Below are positions 1 through 8,317 of a DNA stretch of 20,000 nt, piece after piece. Below the pieces are notes generated by a model. The model did not search any database. It saw nothing but the letters and a program-made list of their open reading frames with translations, and had not been told where the DNA came from. The translations under genes and the position numbers were made by a program. The stretch lies in IMG/VR virus record IMGVR_UViG_3300035181_003152; one strand, given 5' to 3'. Source of the DNA: an uncultured virus (IMG/VR IMGVR_UViG_3300035181_003152) (taxonomy: Duplodnaviria; Heunggongvirae; Uroviricota; Caudoviricetes). The first letter of the stretch is position 1, and every line of letters begins with the position of its first letter.

Positions 1-1
1 G

Positions 2-391
2 TGGTTCGTGAGCGGTACCGCAGACTGGCACTCGTTCGTGGCCGACGGCATCGCCGATATGCGGCCGGACTACCCCGATCGGCGCTACGACCTGCGCAGC
101 AACAGCGCACCGGGCGGGCCGGCGGCCTTCAACGAGTCCAACGGGCGCATGTTCGTCCTCCGGCTGCCGGAGATCGAGGCGGCCGACGGCGAAGGCGCCT
201 TCCCTCGAAGGCCGCTCGACCTGCATGACACTGACCGCTTTTACGTGAACGACGGTAGCGGCGACTGGCACGGATTCGCCTTCTCTGGTGGCCAGTCGGC
301 TCACGCCATCTACGGCGCGATCGTCAACACGGTGGAGAGCATCCGCGGGCACGGCGTCCGCTGGCTGGCCTTCGTCGACCCCAAGCTCTGA
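2..391 (+). CDS. Phage structural protein, 5'-truncated (possibly baseplate)
   Basis: Frame is open from the window edge, with GC3-rich codons. It lies upstream of the structural genes. The C-terminal 'VESIRGHGVRWLAF' loosely recalls baseplate wedge proteins; the product is inferred from position. Confidence 0.5.
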   Translation, partial: WFVSGTADWHSFVADGIADMRPDYPDRRYDLRSNSAPGGPAAFNESNGRMFVLRLPEIEAADGEGAFPRRPLDLHDTDRFYVNDGSGDWHGFAFSGGQSAHAIYGAIVNTVESIRGHGVRWLAFVDPKL

Positions 392-403
392 GAGGTATTC
401 CCC

Positions 404-1771
404 GTGGAAAGACAATACGTTCGCCCGCTGTCGGGCGCCGAGGTTCGCGACCAGGATCTCACCGCAATGGCCGACGCTGGCGCCTTTGCCGACGATCGCA
501 CGCTGTGGGAGCTGCTGAGGTTGCAGCCTGGCAGCGCGACGCCGGATCGCGGGATCCTGCCCTACGCGGTGCGCGGCGCGGGTATCCCGGCGCTCGGCGA
601 CGGCTTCGCAGCCGCCATGCACAACACCGCTCTGGTGCAGGGCAACACGAGCAACGGCAGCGTTCGCGTGATGCCGTTCCGCGCCATCATCGGCTCGACG
701 ACGCTCTTCGCCACGAGCCCAGTGGAGAAGCTCCGGGGCATCCGGAGCGGCTACCACGTCGGCTCGACCTCGATGTATTCGACGGTGGCCATCGCGGCCA
801 ACGCCACGGGCAACCCGCGCTGGACGCTGGTCTATGCCATCGTCGCGCCCAACGCCGACGGCGACACGGTCACGCTCAAGGCCAAGGCGCTGAGCGGCGG
901 CGCGCTCTCGGACCAGACGATCGTCGTCAACAAGCTCACCACGGTCACGGTCACGTCGCTGGACGGTACCGCCGGAGCCAACCCGACGCGGCCGGCTCTG
1001 CCGGCGGATGGCGCGGGGCTCTACTACATCCCCCTCGCGTACCTGTTCATCCCGACGGGGTTCGGCGCATCGTCCAGCGTACTCTTCTCGCAGATCCACG
1101 AGCACGCGCCGGTGCTGACGATGTCGCCCGCGATGGGCGGCGCGTCGATGATGCCGGCGTCGGAGCAGAGCAGGATCGGCGGCGTTGTCGACCTCGCGCA
1201 GAACCCCAACAGGAACGCCGCGAAGCGGACTGGTGCGTACCTGCCGAGCACGATGGTGGGCTGCGAGTCGGTTTTCATCCTTCTGCAGCTCGGTCTCTCG
1301 CCGGCGTCGCACGCCGACGGGGCGATTGTCGACAGCTCACGTGATTGGCGACAGCGCTACTTCACCTGGTCAACGTTCGTCGCTGCTGGGACCACGTCAG
1401 TGGCCGCCTTCGTGAGCGATGGCAACGGGACCGGCGCCGCGGGCGCCTTCACCCGAGCGCCGTCGGCATTCTCGTCCAGCGGCCTCGGCGGCCCCGGCGT
1501 GAATACGATGACCGGCTGGGGGCAGTCGTTCTTCAACGACTATCCGAGCGGCGCGATCGTGACATGCTCTGGCGTCGCCTTCGCGCTCGGCGGCTCCACG
1601 TCGGTCGACAACACCAAGCCGGCCTGCACGGCGCTCGGTACGACGGGTGCAATCGTGCTGCTCTACGTCGAGAGCACCACGGGGAACCTCATCATGAAGC
1701 TGATCGGTTCGCCGTCGGGCCAGCTGCTGGTCAAGCTCGATGCCACGGCTCAGTTCTCGAACAGCTTCTAG
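404..1771 (+). CDS. Putative virion tail/baseplate-associated protein (455 aa)
   Basis: GAGG RBS before GTG. Beta-rich G/A/S/T composition. 'PTRPALPAD..YYIPLAYLFIP' is typical of the N-terminal domains of phage tail-fibre/minor tail proteins. Confidence 0.65.
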   Translation: MERQYVRPLSGAEVRDQDLTAMADAGAFADDRTLWELLRLQPGSATPDRGILPYAVRGAGIPALGDGFAAAMHNTALVQGNTSNGSVRVMPFRAIIGSTTLFATSPVEKLRGIRSGYHVGSTSMYSTVAIAANATGNPRWTLVYAIVAPNADGDTVTLKAKALSGGALSDQTIVVNKLTTVTVTSLDGTAGANPTRPALPADGAGLYYIPLAYLFIPTGFGASSSVLFSQIHEHAPVLTMSPAMGGASMMPASEQSRIGGVVDLAQNPNRNAAKRTGAYLPSTMVGCESVFILLQLGLSPASHADGAIVDSSRDWRQRYFTWSTFVAAGTTSVAAFVSDGNGTGAAGAFTRAPSAFSSSGLGGPGVNTMTGWGQSFFNDYPSGAIVTCSGVAFALGGSTSVDNTKPACTALGTTGAIVLLYVESTTGNLIMKLIGSPSGQLLVKLDATAQFSNSF

Positions 1772-2448
1772 GGACTGAGGGGGGGACAGCACCAGAGCAA
1801 CGTGCCGTCCGGCGCGGGGACGAAGCTCCCGCCGGCCACGTTGAGCTGGCAGCCCACCGGGACATGCGCATCCTTGTCGATATCCCCGCAGTACCAGGGG
1901 GTGAGCGTGTCAACGCCGCCTGCGCATGCGAGGTCTGCCTTGTTGGGGTTCTGCCACTTGTGAGCATCCGAGCAGGCGCACGTCCCGGTGGGGTCGCAGT
2001 GGAGCCAGGGATTGCCACCGCATGTCGTATCGCACGCGATCTCCCCGCCGCAGCCGTCGGGCTCGGTACCGCAGTGGTGGACGTCGCACGCTGTCTTAGG
2101 CGCGCAGCACGCGCCGTCGGCGCACACCTGGTTCACGGAGCACCGCGCTCCGCACACCACCGTCGAGCCGCAGCCGTCATCGACCTCGCCGCACGTCGCG
2201 GCGCCGCACGCGGCAGAACTCGGCACGCACGGCGTTCCGCCGGCCCCGCCCTCGCCGCTCGAACTGCTCGACGACGAGGTGCCACCGGTACCGCTGATCG
2301 AGCTTGAGCTTGAGCTTGAGCTGCTCGACGCTCCCGTCACCACATGGTGGACAACGACGGGCCCGAAGAGGTCGGCGTCGTCGATGTAGCTGCACCCCGC
2401 GAGGCACGCGATCAGCGCGCACACGATCGCCCACGTCCCTCGATCCAT
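1768..2448 (-). CDS. Cys-rich lipoprotein with poly-Ser/Gly linker (myxobacterial-type), moron
   Basis: Signal peptide with lipobox LAGC, an SSSSSSSSS..GGTSSSSSSSGEGGAGG linker, and two CG-x-DGCG repeats. Its stop overlaps the convergent gene's stop (CTAG). Confidence 0.8.
   Translation of the reverse strand: MDRGTWAIVCALIACLAGCSYIDDADLFGPVVVHHVVTGASSSSSSSSSSISGTGGTSSSSSSSGEGGAGGTPCVPSSAACGAATCGEVDDGCGSTVVCGARCSVNQVCADGACCAPKTACDVHHCGTEPDGCGGEIACDTTCGGNPWLHCDPTGTCACSDAHKWQNPNKADLACAGGVDTLTPWYCGDIDKDAHVPVGCQLNVAGGSFVPAPDGTLLWCCPPLSP
2300..2322. repeat. (GAGCTT)n hexamer tandem repeat encoding poly-Ser
   Basis: gagctt gagctt gagctt gagct seen directly; reads AGC-TCA on the minus strand. Confidence 0.9.
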
Positions 2449-2455
2449 GAATCCG

Positions 2456-2483
2456 AGGGTAGGACGCGCGACGTCGGCGTCAA
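2456..2483 (-). promoter_or_regulatory. sigma70-type promoter, leaderless
   Basis: TTGACG-N16-TACCCT-N7-ATG(2448); no Shine-Dalgarno present. Confidence 0.65.
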
Positions 2484-2502
2484 TACGTTGGATTTTCGAC
2501 GC

Positions 2503-2997
2503 TCAGTGGCGCGTAGCGTCAAACGTTCTTGATTTAGGCTCGCGCTGGGACTCGCCGCCGCAGGGCACGCTGAGCCGAGGCGCCATCAACCCGCCTGAAA
2601 TCGCCACCTGCTCTGGCGCGTCATTCGCCGCGGCCGTCACGTCCACGCCGTCGGGCACGGTCTGGCGCGCCGGCCTCTTCGCTGCCTTCTTGGCCTGTTT
2701 GGCCTCCCACGTGGCGATGTCTGCCCGCTCCTTGGCGCACCGCTCGGCCAGTGCGGTGGCCGCTCTCTCTTCCTCGACCTGCACTGCGGCAGCGGCTTTC
2801 TCCTCGTTGACGGCGCGCTTGGTGGCGTCCGCCTGGAGCTGCGCCGTCTTCGCTCGGGCGAGGTCCGCCTGCGCGTCGAGCGCACGCACCTGCGCCGCTA
2901 CGACAGCCGGATCCGGGGCTGAGCTGGCCGGTAGCGGTGCTGCCGCCGGCGGAGCCGAGCAGCCGGCAAGAAGGACAAGAAGAACGAGACGTCGCAT
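2503..2997 (-). CDS. Lipoprotein with Ala/Glu/Lys coiled coil (164 aa), moron
   Basis: MRRLVLLVLLAG-C lipobox followed by a helical, charged core. Confidence 0.75.
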   Translation of the reverse strand: MRRLVLLVLLAGCSAPPAAAPLPASSAPDPAVVAAQVRALDAQADLARAKTAQLQADATKRAVNEEKAAAAVQVEEERAATALAERCAKERADIATWEAKQAKKAAKRPARQTVPDGVDVTAAANDAPEQVAISGGLMAPRLSVPCGGESQREPKSRTFDATRH

Positions 2998-3003
2998 CTG
3001 GCG

Positions 3004-3033
3004 AGGCTACGAGCGCCGCGCCAGCACCGTCAA
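3004..3033 (-). promoter_or_regulatory. sigma70-type promoter, leaderless
   Basis: TTGACG-N18-TAGCCT-N6-ATG(2997). Confidence 0.65.
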
Positions 3034-3090
3034 CACCTGCTCCTTAAGCTCCCCACCCTCTTCGCTGCCTTCGCGCGGCGCTGGTGACCC

Positions 3091-4239
3091 ATGTCCACGT
3101 TCCGATCCACGCTCGTCCCCGACGCCCCGATCGTCCCCTCGGCGCGAAAGCCTTTCGACGACGTCGCCCGCCAGGAGGCCGACGCGCGCGCGCTCGCCTC
3201 GCAGCTCTTCCTGGCCGAGTGCCTCATCGCGGGCACCGCGGCCGCGTGGGTCAAGCTCGACGTCACCAGCGTGGCGGTGGTCAAGGGCGACGTCCTCGTG
3301 CGCACCAGCGCGAACTCGGCGCTCACCGTCACCCGCGCCGACGCCTCGCCGCTCGCGGCCGCGGGCATCCCCTACGGCATCGCCGTCCGCGCGGCCGCAC
3401 CCGGCGCCAATGTCCTCGTCGCCTTCGACGGCGTCGTCGGGCCGGACGTCACCGGGCTCGCCGCCTCGAGCCCGGGGCCGGTGCGTGTCGCCGCCTTCCG
3501 CGCTGCGCAGGTCTCCGCCCTCGTCGGCGGTGACTTCCCCCTGGGTTACGTCGACGCTGCCGGCTGGCTCACGTTCGCGCGCGGGCTGGCGGTCGGCTCG
3601 CCGGCGGCAGGCACTGCGGGTAACCCCGGCGGCGACGGCAGCCCCGTCACGATCGTCGGCGGCGCGCCGGGGGACGCCAGTCACAAGAGCGGCGCCGTGC
3701 AGGTCCAGCTCGGCACCCCGGGCACGACCGACGGGCACACCGGCCAGTTCGCGGTCCTCGCCGGCTCCGTAGGAACGGCGCTCACAGTCGAGTACGATGA
3801 TGGCTCTGTCTCCGGCCTCCAGGGCGTCAAAATTGACGTCCCCAGCGCGTTTACGCAGCTCAATGGCGACTTGGCGGTCACCGGCGGGCTGGCTGTAGGC
3901 GGAGGGCTCAACGTCGGCGGAGCTCTCGCGACGGCCGCGCCGGTAGCCTCACCATCAGGAGCCACCTACACAGCGAGTTCCGCAGCAGGGAACACACTCA
4001 CGATCAGCGTCTCCGGAGGCATCGCGATCTCCGTCAACGTGGCCAGCACGGGCATCCAGTTCGAGATCTTCATCATTCAGGACAGCGCCGGCAGCCATGC
4101 CGTTACGTGGAACGCCGCCGTGAAGTTCGCCACCGGCGTGAGCAACGCGGCCTCGCTCACGGCCAACGGCAAGACGTGGTTCCAGATTCGTTTCCTTGGC
4201 GGCGTCGCCTACGTCGTCGCGCGCGCCGTCCTCTCCTGA
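3091..4239 (+). CDS. Virion fibre/decoration protein (382 aa)
   Basis: The N-terminal 'KGDVLV..ADA..GIAVRAAAPGANVLVAFDGVV' resembles DUF2190/capsid-cement-like modules. Gly-rich middle. The C-terminal 'IIQDSAGSHAVTW' is a common fibre-tip motif. Confidence 0.65.
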   Translation: MSTFRSTLVPDAPIVPSARKPFDDVARQEADARALASQLFLAECLIAGTAAAWVKLDVTSVAVVKGDVLVRTSANSALTVTRADASPLAAAGIPYGIAVRAAAPGANVLVAFDGVVGPDVTGLAASSPGPVRVAAFRAAQVSALVGGDFPLGYVDAAGWLTFARGLAVGSPAAGTAGNPGGDGSPVTIVGGAPGDASHKSGAVQVQLGTPGTTDGHTGQFAVLAGSVGTALTVEYDDGSVSGLQGVKIDVPSAFTQLNGDLAVTGGLAVGGGLNVGGALATAAPVASPSGATYTASSAAGNTLTISVSGGIAISVNVASTGIQFEIFIIQDSAGSHAVTWNAAVKFATGVSNAASLTANGKTWFQIRFLGGVAYVVARAVLS

Positions 4240-4278
4240 TCCATCCCCGATCCCCACCGCCCTCGGAGTCCACCGCCC

Positions 4279-4629
4279 ATGAAAGCCCAGTACCTCTCCG
4301 CATTTCGCCGCTTCGCCGATGGCGCCGTGCTGGCCATGTTCGGCCTCGACGATCGCGGCGCGCTCCGCACGGCCAGCGAACCGTGGAGTGGGCTGGAGAC
4401 CGTGGACCTCAGCTCGGCCGACGCCGTCTACACGTCGGCCACCGGCTGGCCGAGGAGCATCCGCGCCACCGCGGCCGGCAACGTCAAGGTGGACTGTCTC
4501 AAGGGCGATGGCACCGCGCAAACCGGCCTGGTCATCGCGGTGACCGACTTCGAGAACCTGCCGCTTAGCCACGTCACCAAGATCTGGAAGGTGGGCACGA
4601 CGGCCACCGGCCTGTTCGTGGGCTTCTGA
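4279..4629 (+). CDS. Head-spike base protein, RcGTA Rcc01079 (GhsA)-like
   Basis: GGAG RBS. 'PRSIRATAAGNVKV...LPLSHVTKIWKVGTTATGLFVGF' matches the family pattern R-x-x-x-x-x-x-G-N/D-x-x-V ... P-x-x-V-x-x-V-x-x-TGTTAT-x-I as I recall it. Confidence 0.75.
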   Translation: MKAQYLSAFRRFADGAVLAMFGLDDRGALRTASEPWSGLETVDLSSADAVYTSATGWPRSIRATAAGNVKVDCLKGDGTAQTGLVIAVTDFENLPLSHVTKIWKVGTTATGLFVGF

Positions 4630-6476
4630 TGATCGGCGTAGGTATTGGACCGGGGTTTGGCGCACGGCGGGCGGCTGTCCCCGGCCTGCGTCTCGACTTC
4701 GGCTCGGCGGCGAGCTCGTACTCCGGCCTCGTGGCGACGACGACGGGCAGCGTGTACCTCCAGGCGGCCGGCGTCCCTGTCCTCGCGACGGGCGCCACCA
4801 ACCCGCTCTGGGAGGACCTCGGCGGCAACGAGGGCGGCGGCGTCCACGTCTTTTCGAGCACCGTCAACGCCGCGCCGAGCCCGATCGACTTTCGCACGTC
4901 GGCAGGCTGGACGAACAGCGGCGGTATCGCGATCACCAACGCGGCTGTCCTCGGGCCCGATGGGCTGACGATGGCGCAGAGCGTGGCCGACACCGTGACC
5001 AACGATGAGTCGCAGGTGCTCTATCTGTTCCCGGGCGGCGCTCAGGGACAGTACGCCTCGTGCTGGATCAAAGACGATGCGTCGAATCCGCCCAACGACT
5101 TCTTTTCGCTGCAAAAGGGCAACTACACCGGCATCCACCAGCCGCACTACGCCGGATGGACGCGCGTCACGAACTACGACGTGGCCGGCTCGGCCACGTA
5201 CACCGGCTTTGCGCCGTCGGGTACGACGTCAGTCAACGGCGCGACCCTTACCGGCCTCGGCGCGACGTGCGTGTGGGGTTTCCAATCCGTCGTTGGGCCG
5301 CTGTCGCCGCCGCTGATTTCGAGCGGCACCGCGGCTGCCGCAAAGACGCTCGACGCGTCCGCGTGCGCAAAGGCCATCGACAAGAACGGCGCGCTGGATT
5401 TCCAGGTCACCGTGGCCCCCGGAGCGGGCGACCGTTCGGGCTCGCAAGGCGTCAACCTCGACCTCGGCGACCTCCAGGTGGTGCCGAGCTACTTCCTCTG
5501 GTCGTTCACCACGACGGACGGGCGCTCCTCGCTCCGGTACATGCAGGGCACGGGCGGCGCGCCCGGGTTCTACACGCTCGAGGTCCGCGGCGTCGACGTC
5601 GGCAGCACGCCGACGAACGGACACACCGGCATTTTCGGCAGCGGACAAGCCATCACCCTGCGGTGCTGGTACAACCCCGCCACGACGAGCGCTGGTATCC
5701 GCGTGAGCGTCAACGGCTGCTACATGTCGGACGTGGCGATTACGGCGTCTGGCACAGCGCTCGTGCGGCCCTCGACGATCTACCTCGGCACCAACGGAGG
5801 CTCATCCACGGCAGCGATGGTCGGTCGTTTCACGAAGTCGCCGACGCGCACGCTGCTCGCGGGCGCCGCGCCCGAGTTCCTGTTTCTCGGCGACTCCATC
5901 ATGGGCGACCTCGGCGTGACGTACATGCCGGTCGGCTCGTGGATCTACACCGCAGCCGAGATGGGCACGCGCCCCGGGATTGGCTCGCTCGCGGTCTCCG
6001 GCAACACGGTTCAAAACCAGCTTAACTTCTTCAACGCGTCGGCGTGGAAGACGGCGGCGGTCAAGGCCGTGGTGGTCCAGGTCGGCATCAACGACATCAA
6101 CACCGGCGCTACGGCGGCAGCGACGATTGCCAGCCTTCAAGCGCTGGCCACCGCGATCAAGACGGCCATTCCGCTGGCGAAGGTCGTGCTCTGTCAGCTG
6201 CTCCCCTGCTCGACGTTTCTGACGAACACGTTTGGCGCGGCCTATCAAACGAAGTGGGTCGCGGTCAACGACGCTATCGCCGGTCGCGGGGGCACGCCGA
6301 TCACGGGCGTCGACTACCGCGCTCTGACGGGCGACGTCGGCAGCACGCTCAACGACGGAGCCAACAACATCCCGACTGGGTATCGTCTCGCCGATGGCCT
6401 GCACACCAACACCAACGGCCGGGTCGCCAACGCGGTATACGCCCGCGCGGGGCTGCACTCGCTCGGCCTCATCTGA
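4629..6476 (+). CDS. Head-spike fibre-like protein with C-terminal SGNH/GDSL hydrolase (615 aa)
   Basis: TGATG-coupled to the spike base. N-terminal MIGVGIGPGF peptide and a beta-sandwich-like middle. SGNH blocks: FLGDS, AVSGN, VGIND, DGLHTN. Confidence 0.85.
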   Translation: MIGVGIGPGFGARRAAVPGLRLDFGSAASSYSGLVATTTGSVYLQAAGVPVLATGATNPLWEDLGGNEGGGVHVFSSTVNAAPSPIDFRTSAGWTNSGGIAITNAAVLGPDGLTMAQSVADTVTNDESQVLYLFPGGAQGQYASCWIKDDASNPPNDFFSLQKGNYTGIHQPHYAGWTRVTNYDVAGSATYTGFAPSGTTSVNGATLTGLGATCVWGFQSVVGPLSPPLISSGTAAAAKTLDASACAKAIDKNGALDFQVTVAPGAGDRSGSQGVNLDLGDLQVVPSYFLWSFTTTDGRSSLRYMQGTGGAPGFYTLEVRGVDVGSTPTNGHTGIFGSGQAITLRCWYNPATTSAGIRVSVNGCYMSDVAITASGTALVRPSTIYLGTNGGSSTAAMVGRFTKSPTRTLLAGAAPEFLFLGDSIMGDLGVTYMPVGSWIYTAAEMGTRPGIGSLAVSGNTVQNQLNFFNASAWKTAAVKAVVVQVGINDINTGATAAATIASLQALATAIKTAIPLAKVVLCQLLPCSTFLTNTFGAAYQTKWVAVNDAIAGRGGTPITGVDYRALTGDVGSTLNDGANNIPTGYRLADGLHTNTNGRVANAVYARAGLHSLGLI

Positions 6477-6504
6477 TCCACGCCCGCTCGACGAGGTAAC
6501 CGCC

Positions 6505-6537
6505 ATGAAAATCAGCACACGATCGGCCCGCCTGTGA
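6505..6537 (+). CDS. Possible 10-aa leader ORF (MKISTRSARL) coupled to the next gene
   Basis: GAGGT RBS upstream of the ATG; its TGA overlaps GTG 6534 (GTGA). Confidence 0.35.
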   Translation: MKISTRSARL

Positions 6538-7019
6538 GCAGCGACCTGGCCCCGACCTCGACGCCGCACACCATCATGGATTGGATCATCTTCGGCGCCT
6601 CGGTCGGCGGCGCGGCCGTCGCCGGCGCCGTGGGCCAGGCGTTCGGCCTCAGCAAGAGGATCGCCGCCCTCGAGCTGCAGCTCAAGGACACCCCCTCAGC
6701 CAAGAGCGAACTCGCCGCGGTGAAGGACACCACGGCTCAGCAGGTGGCCGCGGGGCTGGCCAGCGTGCGGGGCGAGCTCGCCGCGGTCGCGCAGCGTGCA
6801 GAGCTCGCGGTGGCCACGGCCCAGGCGGCGGCCGCGGGCGCTGGCGATCCGCGCGCACTGCGCCTCGCCATCGCCGACGAGCTGGCGCGCGACATGCGTA
6901 TTCAGACGCACGACAGGGAGATCGAGCGCCTCCGCGACGCGGCCGACAAGGGCGCCGACAACACGCTCCGGATGAGCGGCGCAATCGAGCGCATCGGCGC
7001 CACGCTCGAGAGGCTGTGA
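6534..7019 (+). CDS. Membrane-anchored coiled-coil protein (161 aa)
   Basis: One N-terminal hydrophobic segment (WIIFGASVGGAAVAGAVG) followed by a long helical heptad region. Start uncertain (GTG 6534 or a later ATG). Confidence 0.7.
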   Translation: MSSDLAPTSTPHTIMDWIIFGASVGGAAVAGAVGQAFGLSKRIAALELQLKDTPSAKSELAAVKDTTAQQVAAGLASVRGELAAVAQRAELAVATAQAAAAGAGDPRALRLAIADELARDMRIQTHDREIERLRDAADKGADNTLRMSGAIERIGATLERL

Positions 7020-7022
7020 GCC

Positions 7023-7283
7023 ATGTCCACGCGATCTCTCACCGCAGCGTTCGGCCCGCGGTCCGCCTGCGTGGCGGGCATCGAATACATCGAGCGCAAG
7101 CTCACCGAGGTGGTGCGCCGCCGCTCCGGACCGCCCGCGCTGCCCCTGCCGCCCCCGCGGCGCCTCGACGTTTCGATCGACGAGGAGCCGGAGCCGCACG
7201 GGCGACTCGCCCTCCCGCCCGCGCGCGCCGTGGCCATCACCCTCGACGACGCGGTGGCCCACGACTGGCAGCCTGCGCGGTGA
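7023..7283 (+). CDS. Hypothetical protein (86 aa)
   Basis: Starts 3 nt after the previous stop, with GAGG upstream; its stop abuts the convergent gene. Confidence 0.6.
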   Translation: MSTRSLTAAFGPRSACVAGIEYIERKLTEVVRRRSGPPALPLPPPRRLDVSIDEEPEPHGRLALPPARAVAITLDDAVAHDWQPAR

Positions 7284-7922
7284 TCAGACGGCGATCTTGG
7301 CGCGCATCCAATGCACGTGCGCGACGACGGCGGCGAGTTGCAGCGCGAGCAGGCCAATCCATACCAGCGGCCACGTCTCGCGGGGCTGGCCAGTCGCCGT
7401 GACGACCGCGAGCGCGCATGACTCGACGGCCAAATACAAGACCACGAGGTGCTGCGTGTTCGTGGCCCACGCGCGCGCGCGCAGCCAGATCGCCACACCG
7501 GACCAGCCGATCAAGAGCGCGGCCCCCTTGATCGCGGGCGCCACCCACTTCGCGCGCGAGCCGGGGTACATCGCCACCACGGCGACCTCGGCGAGCACGG
7601 CAGCGCCCACCAAGTGGCCCCACCGCCAGCCGGCGAAGATGACCCACGCCGCGAGGCCGATGGCCAGCGGACCGGCGAAATCACTGGCGCGGTCGAGCTC
7701 GTAGGCCACGCGCGCCACGCCGCCCAGCGGGTGCACGCGGCCGAGATGGTCGCGCACCACGCTCAGTCCAGCGCGCGCCGGGTCGACGAGCGCCAAGAAC
7801 ACCGCGAGCCGGACAAAGGGCCGGTGGTACGGCCGCCCAGCGCGGGCCACCACGACGGCCAGCGCGGCCACCACGAGCTCGAGCGCGTAGCCGAGCCACG
7901 GCAGCCACGCCGGCGCCGTCAC
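7284..7922 (-). CDS. Polytopic membrane protein (about 212 aa, 6-7 TM), moron
   Basis: Multiple hydrophobic, Trp-rich helices. The GTG start overlaps the upstream TGA (GTGA). Confidence 0.75.
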   Translation of the reverse strand: MTAPAWLPWLGYALELVVAALAVVVARAGRPYHRPFVRLAVFLALVDPARAGLSVVRDHLGRVHPLGGVARVAYELDRASDFAGPLAIGLAAWVIFAGWRWGHLVGAAVLAEVAVVAMYPGSRAKWVAPAIKGAALLIGWSGVAIWLRARAWATNTQHLVVLYLAVESCALAVVTATGQPRETWPLVWIGLLALQLAAVVAHVHWMRAKIAV

Positions 7923-8251
7923 GCCGCCACGCAGAGCGCGAGGCGCGTGCCGTCGCAGAGGTCGACATCGACGAGCCACCACCTCGCCGCGCCCACGAGG
8001 ATGGTGCCGTCGGCTTGCAGCACGCCCGCGGTGAGCAGGCGCAACGTCGACGGAGTGAACGACGCGTCAGGTCGTGTAGTGAGCGTCCAGTGACCCTCGG
8101 CGTCGATGAGCGGCCAGCGCTGCTCTCCCGAGGCGAGGCGCACCGCGCCGGTGTCGAACGTTGCGCCGCGCAAGGCGGCAAGGAACGCAGGCGTGAGCAC
8201 GGCGGAGCTGCGTGCGCGGCCGAGTTTTTCGGGCGGAGGTGTGAATCCCAT
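7919..8251 (-). CDS. Hypothetical soluble protein (110 aa), moron
   Basis: Globular composition; coupled to the membrane gene; has its own extended -10 promoter. Confidence 0.65.
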   Translation of the reverse strand: MGFTPPPEKLGRARSSAVLTPAFLAALRGATFDTGAVRLASGEQRWPLIDAEGHWTLTTRPDASFTPSTLRLLTAGVLQADGTILVGAARWWLVDVDLCDGTRLALCVAA

Positions 8252-8257
8252 CCGCGC

Positions 8258-8266
8258 AGTCTACCA
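8258..8266 (-). promoter_or_regulatory. Extended -10 promoter, leaderless
   Basis: TG-G-TAGACT-N6-ATG(8251). Confidence 0.55.
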
Positions 8267-8317
8267 CGCGCCGCGGGCGCCCACTTCGTCTCCACCTCCA
8301 ACCCCTTGAGGCTCTCC

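Noticed and set aside
2447..3772. 441-aa + strand ORF and other long R/A/P-rich ORFs (505-1344, 1345-2307, 5060-6025, 9920-10954, 11764-12888)
   Set aside because: These are shadow or antisense frames of better-supported genes, expected at high GC.
4279..6476. Window is a gene transfer agent cluster
   Set aside because: The adjacent Ea22-like and other phage early genes, morons and lysis genes indicate a true phage or prophage that shares the head-spike module.
404..6476. Diversity-generating retroelement or invertible tail-fibre cassette
   Set aside because: No reverse transcriptase, invertase, or template/variable repeat pair was seen in the window.
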